Source of the DNA: Mycolicibacterium smegmatis
Lineage (GTDB): Bacteria > Actinomycetota > Actinomycetes > Mycobacteriales > Mycobacteriaceae
Direction: 5' to 3'
DNA: 32,000 nt
Assembly: GCF_001457595.1 (NCBI RefSeq)
Contig: NZ_LN831039.1
Coordinates: 5,460,001 to 5,492,000, forward strand
In this document: in pieces, positions 6,052-15,720 of the stretch
How the letters are laid out: each line of letters starts with the position of its first letter
Numbering within the stretch: position 1 is the stretch's first letter
Notes under the pieces: model-generated
What the model saw: only the letters and a program-made list of their open reading frames with translations
Databases searched by the model: none
What the model was told of the DNA's origin: nothing
Translations under genes and position numbers: made by a program

Positions 6052-8500
6052 GTGGCAGTCGCTGGTACCGACAACCGTCCTGACCGCTCGCAGTCGCAGG
6101 CAGCATTGGGCAGGCATGCCCGCTACGTAGGCCGGGTCGGGGCACTGGCGGTCGCGCTGGGGATCGGTCTCGCGCTCGGCTCGGCAGCCGTGGCGTCCGC
6201 CGACACCGGTGAGACTACGAGTTCCGACACCTCGACCGACGGCGCGAAGGCCGATCGGGCTGACTCGGCGGGCTCCGGCGGCCCGGCGGCCACGAAGGTC
6301 GGCCCGCCCCGGTTTGGCGCCGGAGCCAAAAAGCTGCGTTCTGGCAAATTCTCAGATTCCCTGGCCGGCCACAGCGCAGCTGCGGGCGACGAATCCAGCA
6401 AGCCGGAAGTCGGCACAGATGGTGCAGCCGCCTCGACCGGATCGACATCCAAGTCGCGAGCCACGACATCGAGAACCACCCGCAAGTACGCCGAGCCGGA
6501 TCGTCCTCGCGGGCACCGTGCCGGTTCCCCCAGCCGATCCCAGCGGTCCGCTCCCGACACCGATGCGGCGAAGGACACCACGCAGACGGACTCGTCGGCA
6601 TCCAGGCCGACACCCCAAGCACCGACCGCCGGCACCACCGGGAAGAAACCCCCGGCCTCCAGCCCGATTTCCCTTGCGCCCAAAGAGCGCAACGTGGCCG
6701 TCGAGGCACCCGCGGTCAGCAACGACAACCAGTTCTCGGCAGCCGCCCTTGACATCACGACAACGGGGTCACCCGCGTCCAGCCCCACTCCCCAGCCCAA
6801 AGGGTCGGCGACGTTCCTGATCCCGCTGCAGCGGTCAACAACTTCATCCTGCTGTTCATCGGAAACGGCACCGCTACTCACCCCGATGCCGGACTGCTGA
6901 TCGGCAACGGCTTCAGCTACACCGCGGAAACCTGCCCTGACGGAAAAGTGTGCAACGGCGGCCGAAGCGGCTTGATCGGTGCGGGCGGTGCCGGATTCAA
7001 CGGCGGCACAGGCGGATCGACGCTCCTGTTCGGCAACGGCGGCGCAGGCGGGTCCGGGGTCGCCTGGGCGAACAGCGGTAACGGAGGCCACGGCGGCCAC
7101 GGAGGTCTCTTCCTGGGGACCGGCGGCGACGGTGGTGCTGGAGCCGCCGGGGTCGCAGGTGTGAACGGTGGCGACGGCGGTGCGGGCGGAAGAGGCGGGA
7201 ACAGCGGGGCTTTCGCGTTGTTCGCCCAAGCCGGCAACGGCGGGGCCGGCGGCGCGGGGGCGAACGGCGGCAACGGAGCGACGACGACTGAGTCGGGCGC
7301 GTCAGGTGCGGCAGGGATTGCCGGTGGACGCGGCGGAAACGGCGGAAACGGCGGCAGCGTAGGCCTGTTCGCGATCTTCGCCACCGCAGGCGCAGGCGGT
7401 GCAGGCGGGGCAGGTGGCAACGGCGGCAACGGCGGGGACGGCGTTCACGGAACGACCGCGACCACCGCAGGCGAGGCGGGCGGCGCCGGTGGTAACGGCG
7501 GCGACGGCGGGGCCGGAGGCCAGGGCGGTGACGGCGGGGCCGGTGGACGAGGACCCCTGATCGTCTTGCGCGCCGGCCGAGCCGGTGATGGCGGCGACGG
7601 CGGCGACGGCGGCGCGGCCGGCAGTCCAGGCAACGGGGGCGCGGGCGCGCACGGTGACGCCGGCCATCTTGACGGCGGGGCCGGCGGCAGTGACGGCAAC
7701 AGCGGCGCGGCCGGCAGCGGCGGCACCGGCGGCAGCGGCACGGTTGGCGGCGCCAACGGTGTTGGTGGCGCCTCCGTTACCGCGGCGGGAGGCCATGGCG
7801 GACGCGGCGGCGACGGCCACAGCACCACCGATGCCGGGATCGACGGCGGACGCGGTGGAAACGGCGGTGACGGCGGCAATCTCGGCAACGGTGGAGACGC
7901 GGCAATGGCGGCACCGCCGAGCAATACGGCTACGGCAATGCGACCGCAGGTAAAGGCGGCAACGGCGGCGACGGGGGCCTGAGCTCGGGGGGCGGCGGCA
8001 ACGGCGGCGGCGCCTACATCCACAACTCCGAGTCCACCGGCACCGCGACCGCAGGCACCGGCGGCAACGGTGGTGCCGTCGATTACAGCTGGAACAACGA
8101 ACAGGGTGGCCACGGTGGTGCGGGCGGCAACGCGGAAAACGCAGGCACCGGATCGGCGCTGGGCGGCGGAGGCGGCAACGGTGGCACCATCATCCGCAAC
8201 ACAAGCGGGTCGCGTGGCGGCGACGGTGGGACCGGCGGCAAGGCCGCCTCTGGTGGCACCGCAACCGCCGGCGCGGGCGGCAACGGCGGCAACGGATTCA
8301 TCGGCGGAAATGGTGGAAGCGGTGGCGACGCACTCGTTTTCGACATCACGTCCACCGACGACGCGACCGGTGGGGATGGCGGAAACGGCGGCTTCGGTAC
8401 GTCCGGTGCCAACGGCGTCGGGGGCGGGGGCGGCAGCGCCACCAACTACGGATCCGGAGCGGCGACTGACGGTGCCGACGGTGCGAATGGTTCCCTTTAG
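6052..8500 (+). pseudogene. Secreted glycine-rich (PGRS-like, no PE domain) protein gene interrupted by two -1 frame changes
   Basis: GTG 6052 is followed by a signal-like GRHARYVGRVGALAVALGIGLALGSAAVASA/DTG and then an S/T/P/D-rich linker in frame 1 (high GC3) to about 6830. Coding-looking sequence continues in frame 0 with no ATG/GTG/TTG before 6948 ([44 protein letters not shown], then GGAGGNGG repeats) to about 7899. It then continues in frame 2 for 200 codons with no canonical start, which is why it is absent from the track ([26 protein letters not shown]...GADGANGSL), ending at TAG 8498..8500. Confidence 0.75.
6950..8480 (+). repeat. Degenerate codon-level tandem repeats encoding GGxGG(N/D/A)GG
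   Basis: ggc/aac/ggc/gac/gcc triplets recur throughout. The mirror-image Pro-rich shadow ORFs on the minus strand (6917..7429, 7445..8644) arise from the same repeats. Confidence 0.85.
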
Positions 8501-8522
8501 CGCCTGAAGTCGGCGGATGCGC

Positions 8523-9296
8523 TCACATCGGCAGCACGGCGGTCCGTCCCCCGTCGACCGCGATCGCCGCACCCTGGATGTAGGACGCAGCCGGGGAGAT
8601 GAGAAACCGGATGACCTCGGCGACTTCCTCGGGTTCGGCGCCACGGCGGGCGGGCACGGTCTCGACGAACGGCCCGTAGCCGTCGCGGAAAGCCTCGTTG
8701 GCCGGGGTGATCACAAAGCCGGGGTTCACGGTGTTGACCCGGACGCCGCGCGGACCGTACTCCGCGGTCCAGGATTTCGTGAGCATGTCCAGCGCGGCCT
8801 TGGAGGCCTGGAAGATCGCAACACCGGACGCCGCGAGATCGGCGCTGATGGAGCCGACGTTGACGATCGCCCCACCACCGCGCTGCGCCATCAACGGGGC
8901 GAGCGCCGCGGTGAGGATGAACGGCCCTTTGACGTGCACCTTGAAGGCGACGTCGAACATGTCGTCGGTGGTGTCTTCCGTGGCCGCGAAGGTGCCGCCG
9001 CCCGCGTTGTTCACCAGGACGTCGATCACGCCGCCCGCCACCTCGAGAGCGTCCGTGGCCAGCGTGCGCACCGCGGCCGTATCGCTGAGATCGGCCGTGA
9101 GCGCCAGCGCGGTACCGCCGTCGGTGGTGATGCGGTCGACGACTTCCCCGGCCCGCGCTTCATCGCGTCCGCTCACGATCACGGAGTAACCGTCCCGCGC
9201 CAACAGCAATGCGGTCTCCCGCCCGATCCCACTCGTCGAGCCGGTGACCAACGCCCATCCACGCGGTGCCGCGCTCTCCTCGGTGTGTGACATCAC
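8523..9296 (-). CDS. SDR family oxidoreductase
   Basis: ALVTGSTSGIGRE cofactor motif, NNAG, and an SxxxK-type active-site region (QASKAAL). The start is GTG 9296 or ATG 9293 (GAGAGG upstream). Confidence 0.85.
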   Translation of the reverse strand: MMSHTEESAAPRGWALVTGSTSGIGRETALLLARDGYSVIVSGRDEARAGEVVDRITTDGGTALALTADLSDTAAVRTLATDALEVAGGVIDVLVNNAGGGTFAATEDTTDDMFDVAFKVHVKGPFILTAALAPLMAQRGGGAIVNVGSISADLAASGVAIFQASKAALDMLTKSWTAEYGPRGVRVNTVNPGFVITPANEAFRDGYGPFVETVPARRGAEPEEVAEVIRFLISPAASYIQGAAIAVDGGRTAVLPM

Positions 9297-9390
9297 GTCG
9301 CCTCTCTGGAGTAGTTCTCCATGTACAACGACGCCACAAACTGTTGCCTTCGCCCACCCGATTCACCGGCAGCGACGAGCATCCGATCGA

Positions 9391-10770
9391 TCAGACGCCC
9401 TGCCGCGCGTCGCGCCATGCTCCGTAGCCGCCCAGGATGTCGCTGACATCGGCGAAACCGTTGCGCCGCAACACACTTGCGGCCACCGAGGAGCGGTAGC
9501 CACCCGCGCAGTACACGACGGTCGGCTTGGCCGGGTCGAGCTCGCCGAGCCGGGCCGGCAGCTGACCCACCGGAATGGTGATCGCGTGGGGAATGGCCCC
9601 ATCGGCGACCTCGCCCGGGTTTCGCACGTCGACGATCTGCAGGTCGGCGACCTCTGCGGTGCGTTGGTCGAAGGCCGTCGCGGTGAGCCGTGACGCCATC
9701 TGGACATCGTCGGGGTGCGCCAGCATCGCCTCGAACGGCCGGTCCAGGTGGCCGATCACGCGATCGAATCCGATGCGAGCCAGCCGGTTCTTGGCCTCCA
9801 ACTCCTCGCCGGGCTCGGTGAACAGCACGATGTCGACGTCGGCGGGCACGACCGACCCGGCGAACTCCGCATACCGCCCCTGCAGACCGATGTTGATCGC
9901 CTGGCGCAGATGGCCGGTGGCGAATTCCTCCGGGCTGCGTCCGTCGACCAGTATCGCGCCGTCGCGCAGTGCTTGGTTGACCTGCTCGTAGCTCATCGCC
10001 GCGGGTATCTCGGTCTCGTCGAGCAGGTCGCGGTCCTTGCGGTTGAGGATGGCGTCGTAGACGAAGTAGCTCGGCGCCGCCGGCTGCCCGGCCGTCACCA
10101 GGGCCATGAAGGTGGCCAGATCAGGAGCCCGCAGGGCGTAGTTGGTCTGCTTCTGCTCCCCGATGGTCGACCACCGCTCGGTGGACAGGTTCTTGCCGCA
10201 GGCCGACCCGGCCCCGTGCGCGGGGTAGACGCGCGTGGCGTCGGGCAGCGTCATCAGCTTGTTGTGCAGTGAGTCGTACAGCTTTTCGGCCAGTTCCTCT
10301 CGGGTGAAGCCGATCGAGGCCAGTAGATCCGGCCTGCCGACGTCGCCGATGAACAGGGCATCACCGGTGAGCACGCCGTAGGGAACGTCGTCGTTGGAGT
10401 GCTCGTAGACGACGACGCTCATCGATTCCGGTGTATGCCCCGGGGTGTGGCGAAACTCCAACGTCACTTCACCCAGCGAGTAACGCTCGCCGTCGCCGAC
10501 GCCCATCGACTCGAACTCGGTCTCGGCGACCGAGGAGTACACAATCTTGGCGCCGGTGGCCTTGGCCAGCTCCAGGTGGCCGGACAGGAAGTCGGCGTGG
10601 AAGTGGGTCTCTATGACGAGTTCGATCGTGTAACCGAACTCCTCGGCGTCGGCCAGGTACCCGGCGACGTCGCGTTGTGGATCGACAACCACTGCACGAC
10701 CGGTGGTTTCGTCAGCGATCAGATACGACGCGTGGGACAGACAGTCCAGGTAGTACTGCGTGAACTTCAC
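9391..10770 (-). CDS. MBL-fold persulfide dioxygenase fused to rhodanese domains (CstB-like)
   Basis: HFHADFLSGH metallo-beta-lactamase motif, and a C-terminal rhodanese with active-site loop VVYCAGGYRSS. I prefer GTG 10770 (VKFTQYYLDCLSHASYLIAD) over the track start 10887, which would translate through the operator region. Confidence 0.8.
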   Translation of the reverse strand: MKFTQYYLDCLSHASYLIADETTGRAVVVDPQRDVAGYLADAEEFGYTIELVIETHFHADFLSGHLELAKATGAKIVYSSVAETEFESMGVGDGERYSLGEVTLEFRHTPGHTPESMSVVVYEHSNDDVPYGVLTGDALFIGDVGRPDLLASIGFTREELAEKLYDSLHNKLMTLPDATRVYPAHGAGSACGKNLSTERWSTIGEQKQTNYALRAPDLATFMALVTAGQPAAPSYFVYDAILNRKDRDLLDETEIPAAMSYEQVNQALRDGAILVDGRSPEEFATGHLRQAINIGLQGRYAEFAGSVVPADVDIVLFTEPGEELEAKNRLARIGFDRVIGHLDRPFEAMLAHPDDVQMASRLTATAFDQRTAEVADLQIVDVRNPGEVADGAIPHAITIPVGQLPARLGELDPAKPTVVYCAGGYRSSVAASVLRRNGFADVSDILGGYGAWRDARQGV

Positions 10771-10811
10771 TTCCAGAATCCATTCATTCGATGCCTGCGA
10801 GGAACCAGTGG

Positions 10812-10883
10812 ATACCCCTATGGGTATGACAAGTACCCTAGGGGGTATACATATTCCCGTCAAACAAATACCCCTGGGTGTAT
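10812..10883. promoter_or_regulatory. Three CsoR/CstR-type operator palindromes in the divergent promoter region
   Basis: ATACCC-CTAT-GGGTAT (10812..10827, perfect arms), GTACCC-TAGG-GGGTAT (10833..10848) and ATACCC-CTGG-GTGTAT (10868..10883). The first two centres are 21 bp apart. The region is locally AT-rich. Confidence 0.7.
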
Positions 10884-10916
10884 CCACATCCGCACCTCAA
10901 ATCGAAGGAATTGCTC

Positions 10917-11504
10917 ATGCTCTCCCCTGGCGTCGTCACCGCAACCCACCTCGATGCCCAGCTCAAATCGGCAACCTCGACCCGGATCCTCGATGTGCGC
11001 ACCCCAGCTGAATTCGAGACCAACCACATCGCCGGGTCGTACAACGTGCCGCTGGACCTGCTGCGCGAGCACCGCGACGAGATCGTCGAACACCTCGACA
11101 CAGACGTCGTCGTGGTGTGCCGCTCCGGGCAACGGGCCACCCAGGCCGGGGAAACACTGCGCAACGCCGGCCTGACCAACGTGCGCGTCCTCGAAGGTGG
11201 CATCACCGCGTGGGAAGCCGCGGGTTTCGCGGTCGATCGCGGCGCCCAACGCTGGGACCTGGAGCGCCAGGTGCGCCTGGTGGCCGGTTCGATCGTACTG
11301 ACGGGAGTACTGGCGAGTGTCGCGGTTCCCGCGGCCAAGTGGGTGGCCGCCGCGGTGGGCAGCGGACTCGCCATCGCCGCGCTGACGAACACCTGCGCGA
11401 TGGGTATGGCCTTGGCCAAGCTGCCGTACAACCGCGGCACCGCCTGCGATGCGGCGAGCATCCTCGCGCAACTCGCCGGCCTGAAGAACCGGAAAGCCGC
11501 CTGA
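10917..11504 (+). CDS. Rhodanese-domain sulfurtransferase with a C-terminal membrane DUF2892-like tail (YgaP-like)
   Basis: Rhodanese core ILDVRTPAEFETNHIAGSYNVP with active-site CRSGQR, plus two hydrophobic C-terminal helices. ATG 10917 with GAAGGA 8 nt upstream is preferred over GTG 10878, which lies inside operator 3. Confidence 0.75.
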   Translation: MLSPGVVTATHLDAQLKSATSTRILDVRTPAEFETNHIAGSYNVPLDLLREHRDEIVEHLDTDVVVVCRSGQRATQAGETLRNAGLTNVRVLEGGITAWEAAGFAVDRGAQRWDLERQVRLVAGSIVLTGVLASVAVPAAKWVAAAVGSGLAIAALTNTCAMGMALAKLPYNRGTACDAASILAQLAGLKNRKAA

Positions 11505-11510
11505 TCCAAC

Positions 11511-12383
11511 ATGATTGCGCTCACAATCGTTCTCGCGGTGTTCGTCGGCATCACCCTCGGGATGCTCGGAGGCGGCGGGTCGATTCTCACGGTGCCCTTG
11601 CTCGCCTACGTCGCGGGCATGGATGCCAAGCAGGCGGTCACCACCTCACTGCTGGTCGTCGGTGTCACCAGCGCCGTGAGCGCGGTGTCACACGCTCGCG
11701 CGGGCCGGGTGCAGTGGCGCGCCGGCCTGAGCTTCGGAGCGGCCGGGATGGCGGGTGCATACGCCGGCGGCGTTCTGGGCCGGTTCATTCCCGGGACCGC
11801 GCTGCTCATCGCGTTCGCGGTCGTGATGGTGGCCGCCGCCATCCCCATGTTGCGCGGCCGCAGGGCTCCGGAAGCCACGACGGCGCACGGCCTGCCGGTT
11901 GTCCGGGTCGTCTCGCTCGGTCTGGCCGTCGGTGGACTCACCGGCATGATCGGCGCCGGCGGCGGCTTCCTGGTGGTGCCCGCTTTGACTTTGTTGGGCG
12001 GACTGCCGATGCCGGCCGCGGTCGGCACGTCACTGATTGTCATCGCGCTCAACTCGTTCTCCGGCCTCGCGGGACATCTGACCGGCCTTCAGATCGACTG
12101 GGCACTGGCCGCCGCCGTGACAAGCGCGGCTGTGGCCGGCTGTTTGATCGGCACCCGGCTGACCACAAAGATCAACGCCGACGCGCTGCGAAAAGCGTTC
12201 GGCTGGTTCGTGTTGGCGATGTCGTCGGTGATCCTGGCACAGGAGATCCACCCATTCGTCGGCTTGGCCGCGGCGAGCCTCACCGTGATCGCCGCGTCCA
12301 TGACAATGGTGTGCGCCCGGTTCAGCCGCTGCCCGCTGCGCCGCGTCACCCGGCTGTTCATGGCCAGACCGGCAGTGGCATGA
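11511..12383 (+). CDS. TauE/SafE family sulfite/anion exporter
   Basis: Polytopic membrane protein with the repeated GGGxxxVP motif (GMLGGGGSILTVPLL and GMIGAGGGFLVVPAL). Confidence 0.8.
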   Translation: MIALTIVLAVFVGITLGMLGGGGSILTVPLLAYVAGMDAKQAVTTSLLVVGVTSAVSAVSHARAGRVQWRAGLSFGAAGMAGAYAGGVLGRFIPGTALLIAFAVVMVAAAIPMLRGRRAPEATTAHGLPVVRVVSLGLAVGGLTGMIGAGGGFLVVPALTLLGGLPMPAAVGTSLIVIALNSFSGLAGHLTGLQIDWALAAAVTSAAVAGCLIGTRLTTKINADALRKAFGWFVLAMSSVILAQEIHPFVGLAAASLTVIAASMTMVCARFSRCPLRRVTRLFMARPAVA

Positions 12384-12716
<333 letters not shown>

Positions 12717-12733
12717 GGGATCAGGAGGGCGAC

Positions 12734-13132
12734 ATGGGTTACGCATTGTCGACGACGTTGCACACGTCGTTCGAAGACGCCGTGGAGCGCACGCGCGCGG
12801 CGCTGGCCGATCAGGGGTTCGGTGTGCTCACCGAGATCGACATGAGGTTCACGCTGAAGGCCAAGCTGGGCGAGGAAATCGAGGACTACACGATCCTCGG
12901 TGCCTGCAACCCGCCACTGGCGCACCGTGCGGTCACCGCCGACCGTCAGATCGGCCTCCTGCTGCCGTGCAACGTCGCGGTGCGCCGAGACCCCGAGAAT
13001 GCCGACACGATCATCGTCGACGCCATGGATCCGCAAGTGATGGTGCAGGTCTCGGACGCTCCCGATCTGCGCGAGGTGGCCGACGACGCCGCGGAGAAAC
13101 TGCGCAAGGCCATCTCGTCGCTGCAGGCGTAG
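12734..13132 (+). CDS. DUF302 domain protein
   Basis: 132 aa (FEDAVERTRAALADQGFGVLTEIDM...ILGACNP) with AGGAGG SD upstream. Confidence 0.7.
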   Translation: MGYALSTTLHTSFEDAVERTRAALADQGFGVLTEIDMRFTLKAKLGEEIEDYTILGACNPPLAHRAVTADRQIGLLLPCNVAVRRDPENADTIIVDAMDPQVMVQVSDAPDLREVADDAAEKLRKAISSLQA

Positions 13133-13171
13133 TTACTCCTCGAAACCACGCGTTGCTCCCCGACCACGAAG

Positions 13172-13732
13172 CTAGATCCCCGCAGCGGTTAGCAGCGCAG
13201 CCGCTGTGTTCTTCGTCGACTCGGGATAGTGGCCGTACATGAGCGCATAGTCGGCGGCGCCGGTGTGCAGAACGGTCAGCTGTTCGGCAAGCTCAGATGC
13301 GGCCGCCTCGGACACTCCTGCGAGCGCGGCTTGACGGAGGAAGAACTGTGTCAACCGCGCCTTGTGATTCGCAGCCATCTGCACTGCTTGATGGGTGGGA
13401 TCGCGGAACTCCGTGGCGATGTTGACAAAGAAGCACCCAGAGAAGTCCGGTTCCGCGCAGTACTTCGCCTGCCGGTCGAAGACGTCGAGCATCCGCTCGC
13501 GCGGCGTCGCGCCGTCGCTTTCGTCGGGGAGGTTGCCGATCGCCATCTCCTCGCAGCTGTCCAGCACAGCAAGCAGCAAATCATCTTTGGAATCGAAGTA
13601 CTTGTACAGCGTTCGCTTCGACATCCCGATCGAGCTGGTCAAGCGGTCAATTCCAACTGCGCCGAAGCCTTCTCGATGAAACAGCTCGACCGCCGCCTCG
13701 ATCGCCCGCTGCCGTACATCTCCTGCTGCCAT
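13172..13732 (-). CDS. TetR/AcrR family transcriptional regulator
   Basis: N-terminal HTH RAIEAAVELFHREGFGAVGIDRLTSSIGMSKRTLYKYFDSKDDLL. Confidence 0.9.
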   Translation of the reverse strand: MAAGDVRQRAIEAAVELFHREGFGAVGIDRLTSSIGMSKRTLYKYFDSKDDLLLAVLDSCEEMAIGNLPDESDGATPRERMLDVFDRQAKYCAEPDFSGCFFVNIATEFRDPTHQAVQMAANHKARLTQFFLRQAALAGVSEAAASELAEQLTVLHTGAADYALMYGHYPESTKNTAAALLTAAGI

Positions 13733-13791
13733 GCCCCTTGCCTTCCCCGCTCACGTCATGTCCCAGCCGGACTGACATCCGAATGGTAACA

Positions 13792-13817
13792 CGAGGGAAA
13801 ACGTTCTGTTTCCCTCG
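13792..13817. promoter_or_regulatory. Palindromic operator upstream of the tetR gene
   Basis: CGAGGGAAA-ACGTTCTG-TTTCCCTCG has perfect 9-bp arms. Its core GGGAAAACGTTCTGTTTCCC matches the site at 15721..15740 at 16 of 20 positions. Confidence 0.6.
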
Positions 13818-13842
13818 ATCGGGCACCGCACGATGCGGCCCG

Positions 13843-14420
13843 CTACGGCAGCTGTGTAACCAAAGTGGTGGCGACGTCGACAGGGTTGGCCAGAGTGTCA
13901 CGAATTGGCGAACGCTCCTGCACCGCGTCGGTGAGATCGTGCAGTTGCTCGACGCTGGCGGTGGGCGAGCTGACATGCACCCGTACCCGAATCTGTTTTG
14001 CGCCCGGTCGCACTGAATCATCGAGATCTAGAAAGCCACGCAGGTCAAAATCGACCTCCAACTCCAGCCTGAGGGACGACAGTTGAACTCCCCACACCGC
14101 GGGTGTTCGTCGCAAAAGTGACTGCGTAGCAGCCGGCCAACGCCTGCAGCACGTACTCCGCTGGGTTGGCAGCCAGGTCGGTTCCGAGCAACACGCAACA
14201 CCGCCGGCTCATCGGATTCCAGGATGTAGCGCGTCTTGCGCCCGGCGACGACCGCCCCGTTCTGCCGCAGCTCGCCCGTCTGCGCGCGCTGATGGCAGCC
14301 CGACAGCCAGTTCGACCCCAGCGTGAAGCTCAGATGAGCCAGAGCCGGATTGTCCTTCACGGCATTTTGTGTCGTCAAGAGCGCCCTTCGGTCAATTCCG
14401 TTGATCATCGCGTGCATCAC
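13843..14420 (-). pseudogene. OsmC/Ohr-family protein gene disrupted by a 7-bp tandem duplication and a second 1-nt indel
   Basis: The N-terminal part (ORF 14028..14420, ...RKTRYILESDEPAVL) and the C-terminal part (ORF 13843..14115, AVWGVQLSSLRLELEVDFDLRGF...) are in different frames. The middle part (LLGTDLAANPAEYVLQALAGCYAVTFATN) reads only in the third frame. gcaacac is duplicated at 14188..14194 and 14195..14201, and the second shift falls at the ggg run 14101..14103. Confidence 0.8.
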
Positions 14421-15523
14421 CGTCCCGCGGTCGGGTAATCGGTGTAACCCTTGGCGTATCCGGCGACGTCGGAGCCGTAGACGGTGTCGAAGTCCACATC
14501 AGCCAGTGGTAGGTCTTCGAAGAGACGCGTCGGCAGATCAGGGTTGGCGATGAACGGGCGGCCGAACGCGACCGCATCGACGAAGCCCTCCGCAATCATC
14601 TCTTCCGCCTTGGCGACTCCATAGTTTCCAGCTCCGATGATGATGCCGGAGAATGCTTTTCGAAGAGCGGATCGGAACTCGTTGTCGAGCGCGGGACCTT
14701 CGGCCCAGTCCGGTTCACACAGGTGCAGGTAGCCGACACCGCGCTCCTGCAGCGCAGCAGCCATGTACAGGCCCATGTCCATACCGTCGGCGTCATCGAG
14801 TCCGCCGAATTTGATCATGGGTGACAGTCGAATTCCGACATGGTCGGAGTCCCACTCGTCGATGAGTGCGTCGACCACTTCAAGCGGCAGCCGTGCCCGG
14901 TTACTCAGCGAGCTGCCGTACTCGTCGGTTCGCCGATTGGAGCTGACCGACATGAACTGTTGCAGGAGATATCCGTTCGCGGCGTGGATCTCGACCATGT
15001 CAAAGCCGGCCTCCCGCGCGTTGCGGGTTGCGCGCCGGTAATCCTCGACTATCCGCGCAATCTCATTGATCTCCAGCGCCCTCGGCGTCGGGCAACCCAC
15101 GGAGTAACGTTCGCCGTTCGCACGCTTCAGAGTGACCGTGCCGTCGAAAGCTATCGCGCTAGCGGAGACACCCGGCTTGCCACCATGCAGAGACTCGTGT
15201 GTCAGGCGGCCAACGTGCCATAGCTGTATCGCTATGCGGCCGCCCGCAGCATGCACGGCATCGGTGATCTTGCGCCAGCCATCAATCTGACCGTCACTGT
15301 AGATACCGGGGGTATCCGCGTAGCCCTTGCCTTCTGGCGAGATCTGGGCCCCTTCGGTCACAATGAGTCCAGCCCCAGCGCGCTGCGAGTAGTACTCCAC
15401 CATCAGGTCAGTGGGCACATCACCGGGCTGCCCTGCCCGCATCCTGGTCATTGGAGCCATGAAAACCCGGTTCGGCGCCAGAAAGGCAGGCAGCTCGAGC
15501 GACTTGGAGATAAGTTTGGTCAC
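14417..15523 (-). CDS. NADH:flavin oxidoreductase / alkene reductase (Old Yellow Enzyme family, NemA-like)
   Basis: This is the C-terminal 368 aa of the 735-aa track ORF. The start is GTG 15523 with GAGGGAAG upstream (VTKLISKSLELPAFLAPNRVFMAPMTR...). OYE motifs are present: IQLWHVGR, EIHAANGYLLQQF, AFGRPFIANPDLP. Confidence 0.85.
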   Translation of the reverse strand: MTKLISKSLELPAFLAPNRVFMAPMTRMRAGQPGDVPTDLMVEYYSQRAGAGLIVTEGAQISPEGKGYADTPGIYSDGQIDGWRKITDAVHAAGGRIAIQLWHVGRLTHESLHGGKPGVSASAIAFDGTVTLKRANGERYSVGCPTPRALEINEIARIVEDYRRATRNAREAGFDMVEIHAANGYLLQQFMSVSSNRRTDEYGSSLSNRARLPLEVVDALIDEWDSDHVGIRLSPMIKFGGLDDADGMDMGLYMAAALQERGVGYLHLCEPDWAEGPALDNEFRSALRKAFSGIIIGAGNYGVAKAEEMIAEGFVDAVAFGRPFIANPDLPTRLFEDLPLADVDFDTVYGSDVAGYAKGYTDYPTAGR

Positions 15524-15720
15524 GTCTTCCCTCTCACGATAGTTCACCGTCGCCACATTTTCGGACACCGCAGCCACGCCTCGCCGAGACCACAAGGTAC
15601 TGAGCGCAACGGGTGAGTCGACTGGAGTGACTCCGAAAAGCATTGCACGGCTTTGACACCCGTCACATGGCAACGGGTGGAGCTTGCCTCGTGCAAGCTC
15701 AGACGCCAGCGTAGCACACC

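Noticed and set aside
5808-6074. The 88-aa minus-strand ORF, and other small ORFs, in the tRNA / Gly-rich-gene spacer.
   Set aside because: It runs through the AT-rich tract with poor codon-position GC bias, has no SD and no recognisable motif. A third-frame candidate has no start codon.
6796-6804. Programmed -1 ribosomal frameshifting at cccaaaggg or elsewhere to explain the Gly-rich gene frame changes.
   Set aside because: The heptamer is not in the X XXY YYZ register of the incoming frame. I saw no convincing slippery site plus downstream structure at either break. The second break looks like a simple single-g loss within a ggc repeat.
6950-8480. The repetitive region as a CRISPR array or other spacer-repeat structure.
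   Set aside because: There are no fixed-length repeats alternating with unique spacers. Periodicity is at the codon level (Gly-rich coding repeats).
6917-8644. Pro-rich minus-strand ORFs (170 aa and 399 aa) as real proline-rich proteins.
   Set aside because: They are the complement of the GGC/AAC repeat codons. The 399-aa ORF would overlap the SDR gene on the same strand. The plus strand has an SD, a signal peptide and a coherent end at 8500.
10771-10916. Extended N-termini of the PDO-rhodanese ORF (start 10887) and the rhodanese ORF (start 10878), which would overlap each other.
   Set aside because: They would translate through the AT-rich operator palindromes. The shorter starts (GTG 10770, ATG 10917 with GAAGGA) leave a conventional divergent promoter region.
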